Source: a virus
Virus record (IMG/VR): IMGVR_UViG_3300021376_000030
Coordinates: 1 to 64,000 of that record
Strand: one strand, 5' to 3'
Length of the DNA stretch: 64,000 nucleotides
Of the stretch, positions 8,475-18,307 are shown one piece after another. Made by a program: the position numbers and the translations under genes. The notes below the pieces were generated by a model. The model had not been told where the DNA came from. It worked only from the letters and a program-made list of their open reading frames with translations, and ran no database searches. Each line of letters starts with the position of its first letter. Positions within the stretch are counted from its first letter, which is position 1.

Positions 8475-9352
8475 TGCAATATGGTGCCTAAGAATCTATG
8501 TGCCAGATGTGTAGTTGTAAGATATGTTTTGGTATAATTAAATATTTTTAACAGATAATCATCATACTTATAATTAATGAACTCACTTGACAATCGCTTT
8601 ATATTGCCAGTGACTACTAGGTTTTCTGCTAATATTCTTATGCAAATATCTTTAGGAAATATTTTAAGAGTATTTTCAGGGCACATTTCTAATCCAGAAA
8701 ATAGAGGTATACATCCATTTGCAAGTATTTCATAATGTCTCATGCAATCCCATCCAGATTTTTTAGTAGTTATAGCAAATCTAGAATTTTTATAATCATC
8801 ATAATAACTTGCTTCATTAAGATATATATAGGTAGACTTATCACCAGGTATAATATGTGCTAGATCTTTAAGTTTTTTTGAAGGCTCAGAAATTTTACAT
8901 GAAGGTATTGCAAAAGATATTGGAAACGATTTGGTAAAATTATCATATTTTTCCCTCTTAAAATATGGAAATTTCTCAAACAAATCTTTATGATAATTAG
9001 GTTCATCTTCACCGTCTATGCATATAATTCTTCCTGGAGAATAGTAATTAGTAACTAATTCGAAATAATCTAAACATCTAAAAATACTACCGTATATAAC
9101 ATAATCAAAATATTTGGCTTTAATTTTTTGTTCAATATCTGTTCTATCCGTATCGTCATCAAATAATCTTGTAACAGTAAACCCCTTCCCATATAATTGA
9201 GATAAGTTATTTTGAGGAAAATCTTTATAAAGATAATGTCTTCTCGAAACATCTACTACATTATTACCAAAAATCTCTTTTAAACCTATCAATAGACAAT
9301 CAGGTTGATAATCTATTCCATGAGATGAGCTGTGAATAAATAAAAATTTCAT
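8462..9352 (-). CDS. glycosyltransferase (GT-B-like)
   Basis: IDGED, YFKRE, KKSGWDCMRHYEILANGCIP motif. Confidence 0.65.
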   Translation of the reverse strand: MKFLFIHSSSHGIDYQPDCLLIGLKEIFGNNVVDVSRRHYLYKDFPQNNLSQLYGKGFTVTRLFDDDTDRTDIEQKIKAKYFDYVIYGSIFRCLDYFELVTNYYSPGRIICIDGEDEPNYHKDLFEKFPYFKREKYDNFTKSFPISFAIPSCKISEPSKKLKDLAHIIPGDKSTYIYLNEASYYDDYKNSRFAITTKKSGWDCMRHYEILANGCIPLFSGLEMCPENTLKIFPKDICIRILAENLVVTGNIKRLSSEFINYKYDDYLLKIFNYTKTYLTTTHLAHRFLGTILQWNQ

Positions 9353-9915
9353 TATTTTCTATAAACCCACACATCTTCCCCTGGTGTAGCATAATTAGTT
9401 CCTATGACAGTTTCTACGGCTCGTTTCACCCCATCAAAGCTTACGTCATGTCCGGCTAGAATACCTCGCATCTTTAATTTTGGAAGCCATGCTTTAATGT
9501 CTGAACAAACGTTGTTATAGTCATGAGATGCATCGATAAATATAAAATCTAGCGATTCTTTATTATACATGTTTGATGCATCAATAGATGTTTTTTTTAT
9601 AACATTAATTACACTTTCTACTGGTTTAATATTCTGTAAAAATAAATTATACAAACCATCTTTTGTTTTTAGAGTTGGCTCATAAAATGGCGACTTTTCA
9701 TCCAAATGCTCTTCGCTGCCTTCCCAAGTATCAATACAGTCAAAAATTATTTTTTTACCAGAGTTAATAATTTCTACTCCCATGAATGCAGCTGATGCTC
9801 CCTTCCATGAACCTATTTCAACAAAATGAAAATTATTATCCGCGTATTTTACAACTGTTGAATAAAGCTTAGGATATGTAAACCATCCTTGTATTTTATA
9901 GAAATAATGCTCCAT
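9352..9915 (-). CDS. class I SAM methyltransferase (Methyltransf_24-like)
   Basis: VEIGSWKG.S, IDTWEGS, DFIFIDASHDY..V..DI..W.PKLK..G..AGHD. Confidence 0.85.
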   Translation of the reverse strand: MEHYFYKIQGWFTYPKLYSTVVKYADNNFHFVEIGSWKGASAAFMGVEIINSGKKIIFDCIDTWEGSEEHLDEKSPFYEPTLKTKDGLYNLFLQNIKPVESVINVIKKTSIDASNMYNKESLDFIFIDASHDYNNVCSDIKAWLPKLKMRGILAGHDVSFDGVKRAVETVIGTNYATPGEDVWVYRK

Positions 9916-10112
9916 TAATATGTTGCTTTCCAAATTTTTATCTTAGAGTTTGGATCTTTACTCCCATCAGGAGAATCCATAAGGTTGTATTTACTATATT
10001 CCCAGTTTATATTATCTTCTTGATTAGTAGGTAAAAAACTATATTTGACGCCATCTGTAGTAGAGCACGATGACAATATAGTGCTAAGCAATATTATTAA
10101 AATAATTCTCAT
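9915..10112 (-). CDS. putative lipoprotein
   Basis: Hydrophobic leader with LSSC lipobox. Confidence 0.5.
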   Translation of the reverse strand: MRIILIILLSTILSSCSTTDGVKYSFLPTNQEDNINWEYSKYNLMDSPDGSKDPNSKIKIWKATY

Positions 10113-10516
10113 AAATCAGCACCATTATATACTACAATATATACCCCTCGTTTGTTACTAATCCCTATACCCACTATAGTAGTTTCTTTGTCTAAAAGAT
10201 TATCCCTATGACCGCTACTATTCATCCACGCATTAATAACATGTTTTGGAGATGGGTTAATATTACTTTTAAAGAGGTTTTCAGTTATAATATGGTAGTT
10301 AATTAAAAATGAACGTAAGTCAGATCTATGATCAAACCTATTTTGTTTAAGTAGATATGAAGACCATCTTTGAGCTATTTGAGATAAATCAGTATTAAGA
10401 GCTACTGGGGAGAGCTTAAACTTACTTCTGATCTTATTAATTTCTACAACGTAACTTTCGCTATCATATGCATATAACGAGGATGACAAAAATATGCAAA
10501 GAAGAAACAGCCTCAT
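10109..10516 (-). CDS. CAP/SCP-domain secreted protein
   Basis: Signal peptide; IN..R, F.H, EN, W.NS.GHR.NLL, VGIG motifs. Confidence 0.8.
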   Translation of the reverse strand: MRLFLLCIFLSSSLYAYDSESYVVEINKIRSKFKLSPVALNTDLSQIAQRWSSYLLKQNRFDHRSDLRSFLINYHIITENLFKSNINPSPKHVINAWMNSSGHRDNLLDKETTIVGIGISNKRGVYIVVYNGADL

Positions 10517-10522
10517 AAAATA

Positions 10523-10555
10523 AATTAGGGCCTAGGATTGAACTAGACCCTAATT
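10523..10555 (-). terminator. intrinsic terminator
   Basis: AATTAGGGTCTAG-7-CTAGGCCCTAATT then TATTTT just after stop at 10558. Confidence 0.6.
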
Positions 10556-10557
10556 AA

Positions 10558-10851
10558 TTACTCCTTGGAGTGCTTGCCCTTGGAATTAAGACGCAAGAGC
10601 TCGGCGTGATCAACCGTGTGAACACGCGGAGTGAACCCGTCAACAGGAATAACTTCCTGACGAATTTGCTCAAAGCTCTTGCCAGTACGCAAAAGCTTGA
10701 GAGCATCGCGGGAAACGTAATTGTTGATAAGAATATCAACAGCCACGTCAAGTCGAGAAGCTTTAGCCTCAAGGTACTTGATGTTAGAGTTACGGGTTTT
10801 ACCGGTTACCAAGCAGGTAAGCTTCGGCAAAGTATTAGTAGTTTTGTTCAT
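10558..10851 (-). CDS. unknown 'LxCxxTG...YxSRxAxKLL' family protein, copy 1
   Basis: AAGGAG SD before MNKTTN; own promoter 10929-10956 and terminator; paralog of 18308, 61752, 62279. Confidence 0.7.
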   Translation of the reverse strand: MNKTTNTLPKLTCLVTGKTRNSNIKYLEAKASRLDVAVDILINNYVSRDALKLLRTGKSFEQIRQEVIPVDGFTPRVHTVDHAELLRLNSKGKHSKE

Positions 10852-10958
10852 ATCTCCTTGTAGAGTCTTCCGTTTCATGTTTAACACGCTCGTGTTATTT
10901 TTATTCACGTACTTCCAACTCTTTAAATATTGTGAAGGAATTCAGATTTTATGCAACT

Positions 10959-11546
10959 TTATAATTCAAAATCATATTCTTGTTGCAATCGAAGTGGTTC
11001 CATGAAGGAATTAAAAGTCTTATCGACAATTTCAATATTTTTCATTGTATACACTTGAAATTGACCAGGAAACAACTTGAGACCTTTTGATATACTGAAA
11101 CGAAGCAGGTATCCTTTAAAAAGACCTTTGCGAATATAACTGTTAGTAATATCAATATTTTCCCGCACATAATTAGCCATCATTATTCTATCATATTGAC
11201 AAGCTTTCATATTGTCAATACATAAATGAACAATCCTATCACATTTCTTGTATCTACTCAATAGCCACCCAGAATGACGTACATCAATAAAAAATTCACC
11301 TTTAAAATTCATATTACTCTTAACGTCTGCTGTATAGTAACGTTTCCATGTGTTCTTTTTAAATTTAAAATCAAAACCGGAGTACTGAGATTCTTGATCA
11401 GTAAGACGTTCTACCTTATCATATTGTTTTTTTGCAAAAGCTTCCCAAATGTCTTCGCCGTAAATACCTTTGCGGGTATTTTGATTGTCCCCGTACTTCT
11501 TTAAAGTACCATCCTTACCGTCGTAATAGACGGTGTTTATTTTCAT
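10959..11546 (-). CDS. putative PD-(D/E)xK nuclease
   Basis: GE..., GFDF, DVKS arrangement. Confidence 0.45.
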   Translation of the reverse strand: MKINTVYYDGKDGTLKKYGDNQNTRKGIYGEDIWEAFAKKQYDKVERLTDQESQYSGFDFKFKKNTWKRYYTADVKSNMNFKGEFFIDVRHSGWLLSRYKKCDRIVHLCIDNMKACQYDRIMMANYVRENIDITNSYIRKGLFKGYLLRFSISKGLKLFPGQFQVYTMKNIEIVDKTFNSFMEPLRLQQEYDFEL

Positions 11547-11553
11547 ACATTTA

Positions 11554-11850
11554 TTATAGCCTGGTTTTTACAACACTGCAATCTTTTTCTTCTTGACGCT
11601 GAAATAAGATGGAATAATAGTAAGGTTCAACAGTATTAGTTGAATATTTAAATTTTACCCCGGGATATTCTTTCATATATTTGTTACAATAGTTAGCCGC
11701 AGCTCTAATAGCGGTAGTAGTAGAATAGGATTTAAAAACCCGTTTATATTCAATATGTGGGGTTATAGAAAATAAACAACCAGGGTCATCAACCGTAATT
11801 AATACTTTATGGTATTGAGGTTGAGCCGAAACTCTATTAATTTTAGCCAT
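11554..11850 (-). CDS. hypothetical protein
   Basis: ORF. Confidence 0.5.
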   Translation of the reverse strand: MAKINRVSAQPQYHKVLITVDDPGCLFSITPHIEYKRVFKSYSTTTAIRAAANYCNKYMKEYPGVKFKYSTNTVEPYYYSILFQRQEEKDCSVVKTRL

Positions 11851-11874
11851 ATATATATAATAATAAAAAAGTTA

Positions 11875-12111
11875 TTAAATCAAGTCTAAATACATATGAG
11901 TGGTCATTGCGACTGTTTTATAATCTGCATAATAAAAGACTTCTTGATCATTCACTGTAAATGTTTTTGATGTTTTAATGAACTCTCTCCATTGATTGGC
12001 AAATTTATTACCATGGAATTCAATTACATCAGCAAATGTAATATAATCAGTTGTTGTTATAATATTGTTTATACCTGTATACGTTAATCGTCTTCGTTTA
12101 CAAAATTTCAT
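11875..12111 (-). CDS. hypothetical protein
   Basis: ORF. Confidence 0.5.
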   Translation of the reverse strand: MKFCKRRRLTYTGINNIITTTDYITFADVIEFHGNKFANQWREFIKTSKTFTVNDQEVFYYADYKTVAMTTHMYLDLI

Positions 12112-12530
12112 TTAAATGTATCCCAAGATTCTTTCTTGGTACCATAATACTCTCTAGCATAGCCATTATCCAGTAAAAGTTGTCTGAGACTCATTCCATC
12201 TATGATAACATCGCCTAGTACCCTGCCCCCAAACTTATCCCACATAATTAATTGAATTTTTAAATCCTTGGCATCTGCAATTTTTTGTTTAGTAAATTCA
12301 GATGCTTTCAAACCTAATTCACCTTCATGTTTACTTTTGGCTCTCCATCCTTTTTCAGGGGTATCAACACCCCACACTCTAACATATAATTTATTTCCAA
12401 GTTCTTTTGGTAAAAAATCTACATTTATTTCAACTGTATCACCATCTAATACTCTTGTTATTTCCCAATCGTATAAATCTTGGCTATAGACTAAAGAAGT
12501 AAAATATAAAAATAGTAGTAGTATTTTCAT
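12108..12530 (-). CDS. thermonuclease (SNase family) with signal peptide
   Basis: RVLDGDT, VR..GVDTPE, DKFGGRVLG, L..GYA motifs. Confidence 0.9.
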   Translation of the reverse strand: MKILLLFLYFTSLVYSQDLYDWEITRVLDGDTVEINVDFLPKELGNKLYVRVWGVDTPEKGWRAKSKHEGELGLKASEFTKQKIADAKDLKIQLIMWDKFGGRVLGDVIIDGMSLRQLLLDNGYAREYYGTKKESWDTFK

Positions 12531-12648
12531 ATATTATGTGTAAGCTACTACAGCTATATATTTTCACTTACTTCAGAAGAAGTATAGAGTGAATATCTTC
12601 CTATAACAAACATCTCGAATTGGATATCAAACACTATCCTATCAAACT

Positions 12649-13515
12649 TCATTTGTTCTTTATACAATTATTCACCCTCTTTCCGCCCTTCATCTTGGTG
12701 CCTTGCTTATGATAGCCTTTCCAACACTTGGGATCAAGTCTTCTTTCTTCATCTTCTGAGTTAGATTGAAGTTTTATATTTTCAGCATCTTTCTTATCTT
12801 TCAATTCGTTTTTAATCTTTATAAAATGTTCCACGTCTATCTTAGATTCTGGATCAGACGCATGGTTTTGATTATACATATCTGAAAATTTCTTTATTAC
12901 CCAGTCTTCATAATGAGGAGAATATTCTTCAAAAAATTCTAAATAAGGATCAGTACCTTCTCGTCTATATTCTTTTTGAAAAAACTTGCTAAGAGTACTC
13001 ATCCATCTTGATTCATTATCTTTCTGTCTCTTTGTATTGGTTGTTTCTTCTCGTTCTCCCTTCACTTCCATTTCATGTGCATAGTCTTTTTGCATATCTT
13101 TTGCATACTGTTGAGGCGTTTCTTCACTATTAATAGATATTTTACTCCAAACCTTACTCAAAGCTTCTTTTTGTAACCAATCTTTTAAATATGAGTGGAA
13201 GTCTTTTTTCTTGGGATTATAACCACCCTGCTCTCCTCCCTTTATTTTTAATAATTCTTGGTGTAAATTCAGTAATGCTTGTGGATGGGTGCCTGTCCAA
13301 ATACTATCTACTGCCTTTACGAACTTCTCTTTATCTGGATTACCACCAGGGTTTTGATACTTTTGGTAACTATACAAGATTCTTTGTAGGTATTCGTCTA
13401 GATCAAAATTGCTATCAAACTTACGCACATTAGGGTTAACAATCTCTACCCCGTCTGCATCTTTAAGAGCATTGCTCATATAAGCTTCAAATATTAAATG
13501 GCTATCTTTATTCAT
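12649..13515 (-). CDS. putative internal head protein with C-terminal CWKGY module
   Basis: Leader ..LIFE; C-terminal KCWKGYHKQGTKMKGGKRVNNC. Confidence 0.55.
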   Translation of the reverse strand: MNKDSHLIFEAYMSNALKDADGVEIVNPNVRKFDSNFDLDEYLQRILYSYQKYQNPGGNPDKEKFVKAVDSIWTGTHPQALLNLHQELLKIKGGEQGGYNPKKKDFHSYLKDWLQKEALSKVWSKISINSEETPQQYAKDMQKDYAHEMEVKGEREETTNTKRQKDNESRWMSTLSKFFQKEYRREGTDPYLEFFEEYSPHYEDWVIKKFSDMYNQNHASDPESKIDVEHFIKIKNELKDKKDAENIKLQSNSEDEERRLDPKCWKGYHKQGTKMKGGKRVNNCIKNK

Positions 13516-13520
13516 GCTTA

Positions 13521-14294
13521 TTATTTATCGTTGGGGAACAGCTTAAAGTCAAATACTTTTTCAAAAGTTTTAGGATCGTTCTTATAACCTTCCTTGGTCT
13601 CATCATTTGCATTGGTTTCGTATTGCCAGCAAAATGATAAGGATTTAGGTACATTAAATCCAAAAAATTTCAATACCTGCTTTTGTGTATCAACAACAGT
13701 TTGATCATTCCAATTGTGGCCTATTCCAACAAAGCCTGCATCTATTTTGTCCAGTAAATTTTTTTCACCCAAGGTAGTGTGTCTGTTTTCTAACCAAGTA
13801 AGACGTTCAATTAATTTTTGATATATGCTATTGGCTTGACCCCATCTTATACTTGCAAAAAATACAACACAATCTGACTCTAACAAAGGTTTAGATATTT
13901 TCCACAATTCATCATTCTTATTATTAATAGAAGCCCAGCACCGGTGCTGCCCAGAGGGGTTCTTATCTTTATCTTTTAAAACAGCATCCCTAGTACCACA
14001 ATGATTACCAAAACGAGAGGAAACATTGCCCTCACAACAATGAATGGTAAGTTGAGGCACTTCAATTAGTTTTATGTTTTTATCAGCCAATTCATTTCTT
14101 AAATGATAAGCAAGCAATGTGCTCTTGGGCTTATCTGCTTCATGCCCTTCCCATCGGTTTGATGTGGTTAAAAATAATATATTATTCTTGGTTTTTAGAT
14201 ATTCTTTAAACGCTTCAATATTGCGTTGCACAGGAGCAGGGCTATTATTAACCTTCTCCTGTATCATCTGTAAATATACTTGCTCTAGTTTCAT
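13521..14294 (-). CDS. flavodoxin-fold NAD(P)H-dependent oxidoreductase
   Basis: TTSNR..KS, I.CCEG..S..C..C, D.VVF.S.RWG...S.YQKLIERL. Confidence 0.7.
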   Translation of the reverse strand: MKLEQVYLQMIQEKVNNSPAPVQRNIEAFKEYLKTKNNILFLTTSNRWEGHEADKPKSTLLAYHLRNELADKNIKLIEVPQLTIHCCEGNVSSRFGNHCGTRDAVLKDKDKNPSGQHRCWASINNKNDELWKISKPLLESDCVVFFASIRWGQANSIYQKLIERLTWLENRHTTLGEKNLLDKIDAGFVGIGHNWNDQTVVDTQKQVLKFFGFNVPKSLSFCWQYETNANDETKEGYKNDPKTFEKVFDFKLFPNDK

Positions 14295-14479
14295 TGGCAG
14301 TGATAATTGAGGTAACGTTGAGCTGCCTTAGCTGTATGATTGCCTTTATTTTTTTGCTTAGCTTTAAGAGCTCTAGCTTTTGAACAAGTCATTCTACCTT
14401 TAGTCTGGCGTTTTAATATACCAGGTCTTACCGGGTCATGTATACCCTTTTCGACAATGTAATCTTTAAACGTTTTCAT
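14291..14479 (-). CDS. small basic putative internal head protein
   Basis: MKTFKDYIVE leader like T4 capsid targeting sequence; TATAAATA at 14495-14502. Confidence 0.6.
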   Translation of the reverse strand: MKTFKDYIVEKGIHDPVRPGILKRQTKGRMTCSKARALKAKQKNKGNHTAKAAQRYLNYHCQ

Positions 14480-14669
14480 TGACTAAATCTATATTATTTA
14501 TAAAATACAATAGTTATAGCTTGACAGCTTTTGTAGTATAGGTGTCCAAGCTGTACAAATTCCCTCAATTAAAATCCAAATCTACTTCATTATTATAAAA
14601 TAAACAAATTGCTCCTAAACATAGAAGTAATAAAGAATTGGCAGTTAAGATCTACCATAGTAGATTTAT

Positions 14670-15401
14670 TTACGTGTAAGTAACAGTTACAGGCTCAAAA
14701 TTAAATGCAAACTTAACTTCTGGTATTTCTTTTTTTAAAGCAGGCCAGCCGTCTGCTTTGCGTTTTCTGTATAACTCTGCATCTTCTTTCTCAAATTTTC
14801 TCCCCTCACGGTATATATTATCGTTACGCTCTTCACCATAAAAATATGCATGGTTATGATAAAGTATAGCCCAAGGCTCTTTATGATATTTTTTATCCTC
14901 TATTGCTCTAGCACATAACTCTGCATCACCGAAATTATGGTTATACCATGTTGGCCATCCACCATATTTTTTAAGTAATTCTCGATGAATTATAAAATGA
15001 CAAGCGTCCTCTGAGCCATGGCTATCACCGTTAAATCCTACTAAACCTTGCTCATTTCTACCGATAACTTTATCATAGGCAATTAAGCCCCTTTGTAACC
15101 AGCTTCCACAAGGAAGAATATCGTTTGCAAGGTTTGCCAGAAGAGGAAATTCAGTAAATGTATCTGTAGCAAATTGTAATGCTTCCCAATAGGTCAATTT
15201 ATCTCTATTTTCATCCACTAAAGGAATGGCACCAAGTTTACTTACCGCTTTAACAATATCTCTATCCTCTTTACCAGATACCGCTACTAATTTCCACGGA
15301 TATGTTTCTAAAGATGCAGTATATACTAGTCGAGTAACACATTCTAATGTGGTCTGTTTGCGTCCCCGACATGGTAATATGCCGAGCAAGAGTCCCTTCA
15401 T
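14670..15401 (-). CDS. glycosyltransferase family 2-like
   Basis: ILPCRGR, LANDI, GG..Y.H.FGDAELC.RA, HNH. Confidence 0.65.
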   Translation of the reverse strand: MKGLLLGILPCRGRKQTTLECVTRLVYTASLETYPWKLVAVSGKEDRDIVKAVSKLGAIPLVDENRDKLTYWEALQFATDTFTEFPLLANLANDILPCGSWLQRGLIAYDKVIGRNEQGLVGFNGDSHGSEDACHFIIHRELLKKYGGWPTWYNHNFGDAELCARAIEDKKYHKEPWAILYHNHAYFYGEERNDNIYREGRKFEKEDAELYRKRKADGWPALKKEIPEVKFAFNFEPVTVTYT

Positions 15402-15448
15402 TAATTATTTTATAATTTAATATTAATATTGCAAACAATAAATACTAT

Positions 15449-16020
15449 ATGAGGTCTTTTAGAGTATTTGTTTTAGAAGCTAGCTTTAATGTAAATGCTT
15501 CTAGATCTATTGGACTACGACCAGCTGTACAAAAGGTAGCAGCTCAATCTTATCCTGTACAGCTTGCATCGCCCAGACAAAATATAGCGCCTGTGCCGTC
15601 TATAATTACCCGTAATATATCTACAGCCAACATTCCTTCGCGAGGCATGAATGGTAGGTTAAATACAGGTGATCCTTCTCAATTAGTTCAGGTTGAACCT
15701 AATCATTTTCTAGCACCTGATGTAGCTTCTAGCTTTAAAGTTATGAAGGCCGCAGCTGCTATGCAAGGTATAAATTTATCAATTAATAATGCATATAGAA
15801 GTTTCGAGCAACAAGTAGATATGGCAAGACGTTTTGGGTTATATTCGCAAGGAGGAAGAGCCGCTCAACCCGGAACATCTAACCATGGTCTTGGACGAGC
15901 TGTAGATTTAAATGTTAAATCTAATCCTGGATCTGTTGAATGGCTGAAAGCTAATGCGGCCAAATATGGTTTTAATAATATTCCCCGTGAGCTTGGCATT
16001 GGGAAAAGAGAACAGCTTGA
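15449..16020 (+). CDS. M15 (VanY-like) D-Ala-D-Ala peptidase, 1-nt deletion near 15992
   Basis: AYRSFEQQ, AA.PGTSNHGLGRAVD; conserved E-P-W-H-W-E continues in shifted frame (GAG C-T TGG CAT TGG GAA...TGA 16018-16020). Confidence 0.75.
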
Positions 16021-16051
16021 TTTTTATATAAATTATTTTATAAATAAATCT

Positions 16052-16357
16052 ATGAATAAATTATTAGCCTCTTTAGTAGTTAGCTTAATGCTGGCTACGT
16101 TTGCTTTGGCTGATTCAAGCGCCTGTAATCCATGTGATGAAGGCGAGTGGTCAGTAGAGCGCGGCTTTGCCGCAGTGGGTGATCTTCTGGTAGTTAGACC
16201 TCTTGGAGCTGCCGTAACAGTCGGCGGTTTTGGTCTATTTGCAGTTGCGTCTCCTTTTGCTGCTATGGCCGATGAAGCAGATGAAGTGTTCGATACCTTG
16301 GTTACTAAGCCGGGCGAATATACATTTGTTCGTGATCTTGGCGATTTTGCTAAGTAA
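16052..16357 (+). CDS. secreted/membrane protein of a bacterial 'D..VRPLG...YTF.R.LG' family
   Basis: Own TATAAATA at 16039-16046, signal peptide, GC-richer codons. Confidence 0.65.
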   Translation: MNKLLASLVVSLMLATFALADSSACNPCDEGEWSVERGFAAVGDLLVVRPLGAAVTVGGFGLFAVASPFAAMADEADEVFDTLVTKPGEYTFVRDLGDFAK

Positions 16358-16362
16358 TTAAA

Positions 16363-16396
16363 TAATAGGTTATAAGTTCTATTCTTATAACTTATT
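16363..16396. terminator. hairpin between convergent genes
   Basis: AATAGGTTATAAG-TTCTATT-CTTATAACTTATT. Confidence 0.45.
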
Positions 16397-16592
16397 AATA
16401 CTTTCCTATAACCGCGTCTGGTATAATTTTATCAGTTCTTTTGATAATACGATAAGTAGATTCTTTGTCATAGTTTTCGCTACATATAAATGTTTCTATT
16501 GCTTCATCTAGTGTATTTTCTTCTCTGAAAACAACCCAATCTTCCCATTCCCCGTTTATTTCTTTCTCAATAACAAAATAGCTATTGATCAT
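16395..16592 (-). CDS. hypothetical protein
   Basis: ORF. Confidence 0.5.
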   Translation of the reverse strand: MINSYFVIEKEINGEWEDWVVFREENTLDEAIETFICSENYDKESTYRIIKRTDKIIPDAVIGKY

Positions 16593-16596
16593 GTAA

Positions 16597-16788
16597 TTAT
16601 TTAGTCTCTACAGCTAGTAACTCTTTAATAGCATCTTCAACCGATACCTGATGTATATTAACTGCTGAAACTGATATTTTTTCTTGAGGATTATTTTGAG
16701 CAATAATAGTAGACATTTTTTGAAGCAAATTTTTTTCTAGTTTTTTATTCTCAGGGTCTCGCTCTATACTTACGCGAGAAGAAATCAC
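16597..16788 (-). CDS. hypothetical protein
   Basis: ORF. Confidence 0.45.
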   Translation of the reverse strand: MISSRVSIERDPENKKLEKNLLQKMSTIIAQNNPQEKISVSAVNIHQVSVEDAIKELLAVETK

Positions 16789-17178
16789 TTATGCTACAGG
16801 AACTTCTGAATTTTCAACAGAATGACCATTTTTAGCAGTTAGATGTGTGTCTAGCGCTTTTCTTAAAATATCTTCACATTCTTGTGTAGAAAACGTTTTG
16901 TTCAGGTCAGCAAGTAATTTGTGTGCAGCTGCTGTGGCCCTATCTCCGCGCATCTTTACTTCAGCTTCTTCTGCTTCTTTTTTCTTTTGAGTAGCTTGAA
17001 GAACTTTTGTGTGAAGATTTGCTAGATACCTATCAGAAGGTGTACCTTTTTTACCATCACCATCAATATCAGCTTCAGGATCAGTACTACGAGAATCGTG
17101 TTTTTTCTTTTTTTCTTCAACAATAGCTAAACGACTATGTATAAAGCTTTCAAACATTAATTTGTTGTCAACGTTCAT
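16789..17178 (-). CDS. putative internal head protein
   Basis: TAAATA upstream, MNVDNKLMFE leader, D.DIDGDG....D.YL motif. Confidence 0.55.
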   Translation of the reverse strand: MNVDNKLMFESFIHSRLAIVEEKKKKHDSRSTDPEADIDGDGKKGTPSDRYLANLHTKVLQATQKKKEAEEAEVKMRGDRATAAAHKLLADLNKTFSTQECEDILRKALDTHLTAKNGHSVENSEVPVA

Positions 17179-17227
17179 ATTAATATTTATTACTTTGTGG
17201 CTGCTTTTATTAGAGTTGTCAAGCAGG

Positions 17228-17617
17228 TTATTTTTTAACAAATGGTACTAAATCTTTATCTATTCCGCTAATTAATCCATTATATACATTAGAAGAAGAC
17301 GAATCTGAAGTGTAGGAAATAATACTTGCTATAGTTTGACCCACTAATACCTTTTGATTATCAAATTGCTCCTTAGCCCCTGCAATATTATTACGAATTA
17401 AAATGGTTGAATTTTCTTTAATCTTTAAATACATATCATTTAAATTTTTAATTAATTTTGAAGAATCTTTTGATTGTAAGTTAAAAGATGTGGGCGAATT
17501 GGATTGTTGAGTGATATTTGTCGAAGAGGGTAATGGAGAAGCTACTATACCTGTTATCCCGCTGTCTTCATATATAGAAGTATAAGCTTCAGCTAGTAGA
17601 GCAAAATCTTTTGCCAT
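17228..17617 (-). CDS. putative internal head protein
   Basis: TAAATA upstream, MAKDFALLAEAY leader. Confidence 0.5.
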   Translation of the reverse strand: MAKDFALLAEAYTSIYEDSGITGIVASPLPSSTNITQQSNSPTSFNLQSKDSSKLIKNLNDMYLKIKENSTILIRNNIAGAKEQFDNQKVLVGQTIASIISYTSDSSSSNVYNGLISGIDKDLVPFVKK

Positions 17618-17639
17618 ACTATATTTAGTAGAGCTAGTA

Positions 17640-17807
17640 TTATTTTTGAATAACTGCGTCTGGAGGGAGGAAGCCTTTTAAGTCTAAATTAGCACCAATA
17701 TAACCAGTTTGCATTAATTGCTTGCTTTTTGGATCAGTGGTAAAAATACCGTGTCCTCCACAATTCAAGGGTTTAACAATGGGTTTCTCTTTTGCTTCAG
17801 CTGCCAT
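17640..17807 (-). CDS. hypothetical protein
   Basis: ORF, likely start MAAEAK. Confidence 0.45.
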   Translation of the reverse strand: MAAEAKEKPIVKPLNCGGHGIFTTDPKSKQLMQTGYIGANLDLKGFLPPDAVIQK

Positions 17808-17884
17808 AGTTTTATTATAATAATAAAATACATAAATCAATATAAATTATTTGGACAAATAAGTTTATTAAGACTAAATAACAT

Positions 17885-18205
17885 ATGAAGCAATTGAAAC
17901 TACATGTTTCAAACAGCGATATTAAGAACGGCGAACAAGCAAATCCACAAGACTGCGCTATTGCAAGGACACTAAAAAGAAACAAACAGCTAAATCTAAA
18001 AGATGTAAGCGTTCTACACAACGTTTGCACCATTAAAACAATTAATAAAAGAGGGAAAATTAATACCTATCGTGCATCTCTTCCAGAAGAAGCACAAAAC
18101 TTTATTAAAAAGTTTGATCATGGAAAAGCTGTAGCTCCGCTGGCTTTTGTTCTTAATTTCGTAAAAAGTAAACAAGCCGAATTAGTACATACCACTAGCT
18201 GGTAA
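17885..18205 (+). CDS. conserved phage hypothetical protein
   Basis: DI..G......CAIAR.L and LP..A..FI..FD.G..V.P motifs. Confidence 0.6.
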   Translation: MKQLKLHVSNSDIKNGEQANPQDCAIARTLKRNKQLNLKDVSVLHNVCTIKTINKRGKINTYRASLPEEAQNFIKKFDHGKAVAPLAFVLNFVKSKQAELVHTTSW

Positions 18206-18252
18206 TTAAAGCTAATTCATTTTTCTTGTGCCCTCTACCTATAGTCTAATAC

Positions 18253-18286
18253 AAAAAAAAATAGGGCAAGGATAACCTTGCCCTAT
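18253..18286 (-). terminator. intrinsic terminator
   Basis: Perfect 11-bp stem ATAGGGCAAGG-4-CCTTGCCCTAT with T run on minus strand. Confidence 0.8.
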
Positions 18287-18307
18287 TTAATCCGTCAGTA
18301 CCGATGA

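Noticed and set aside
15449-16357. Genuine 302-aa fusion protein
   Set aside because: Better explained by a 1-nt deletion joining two genes
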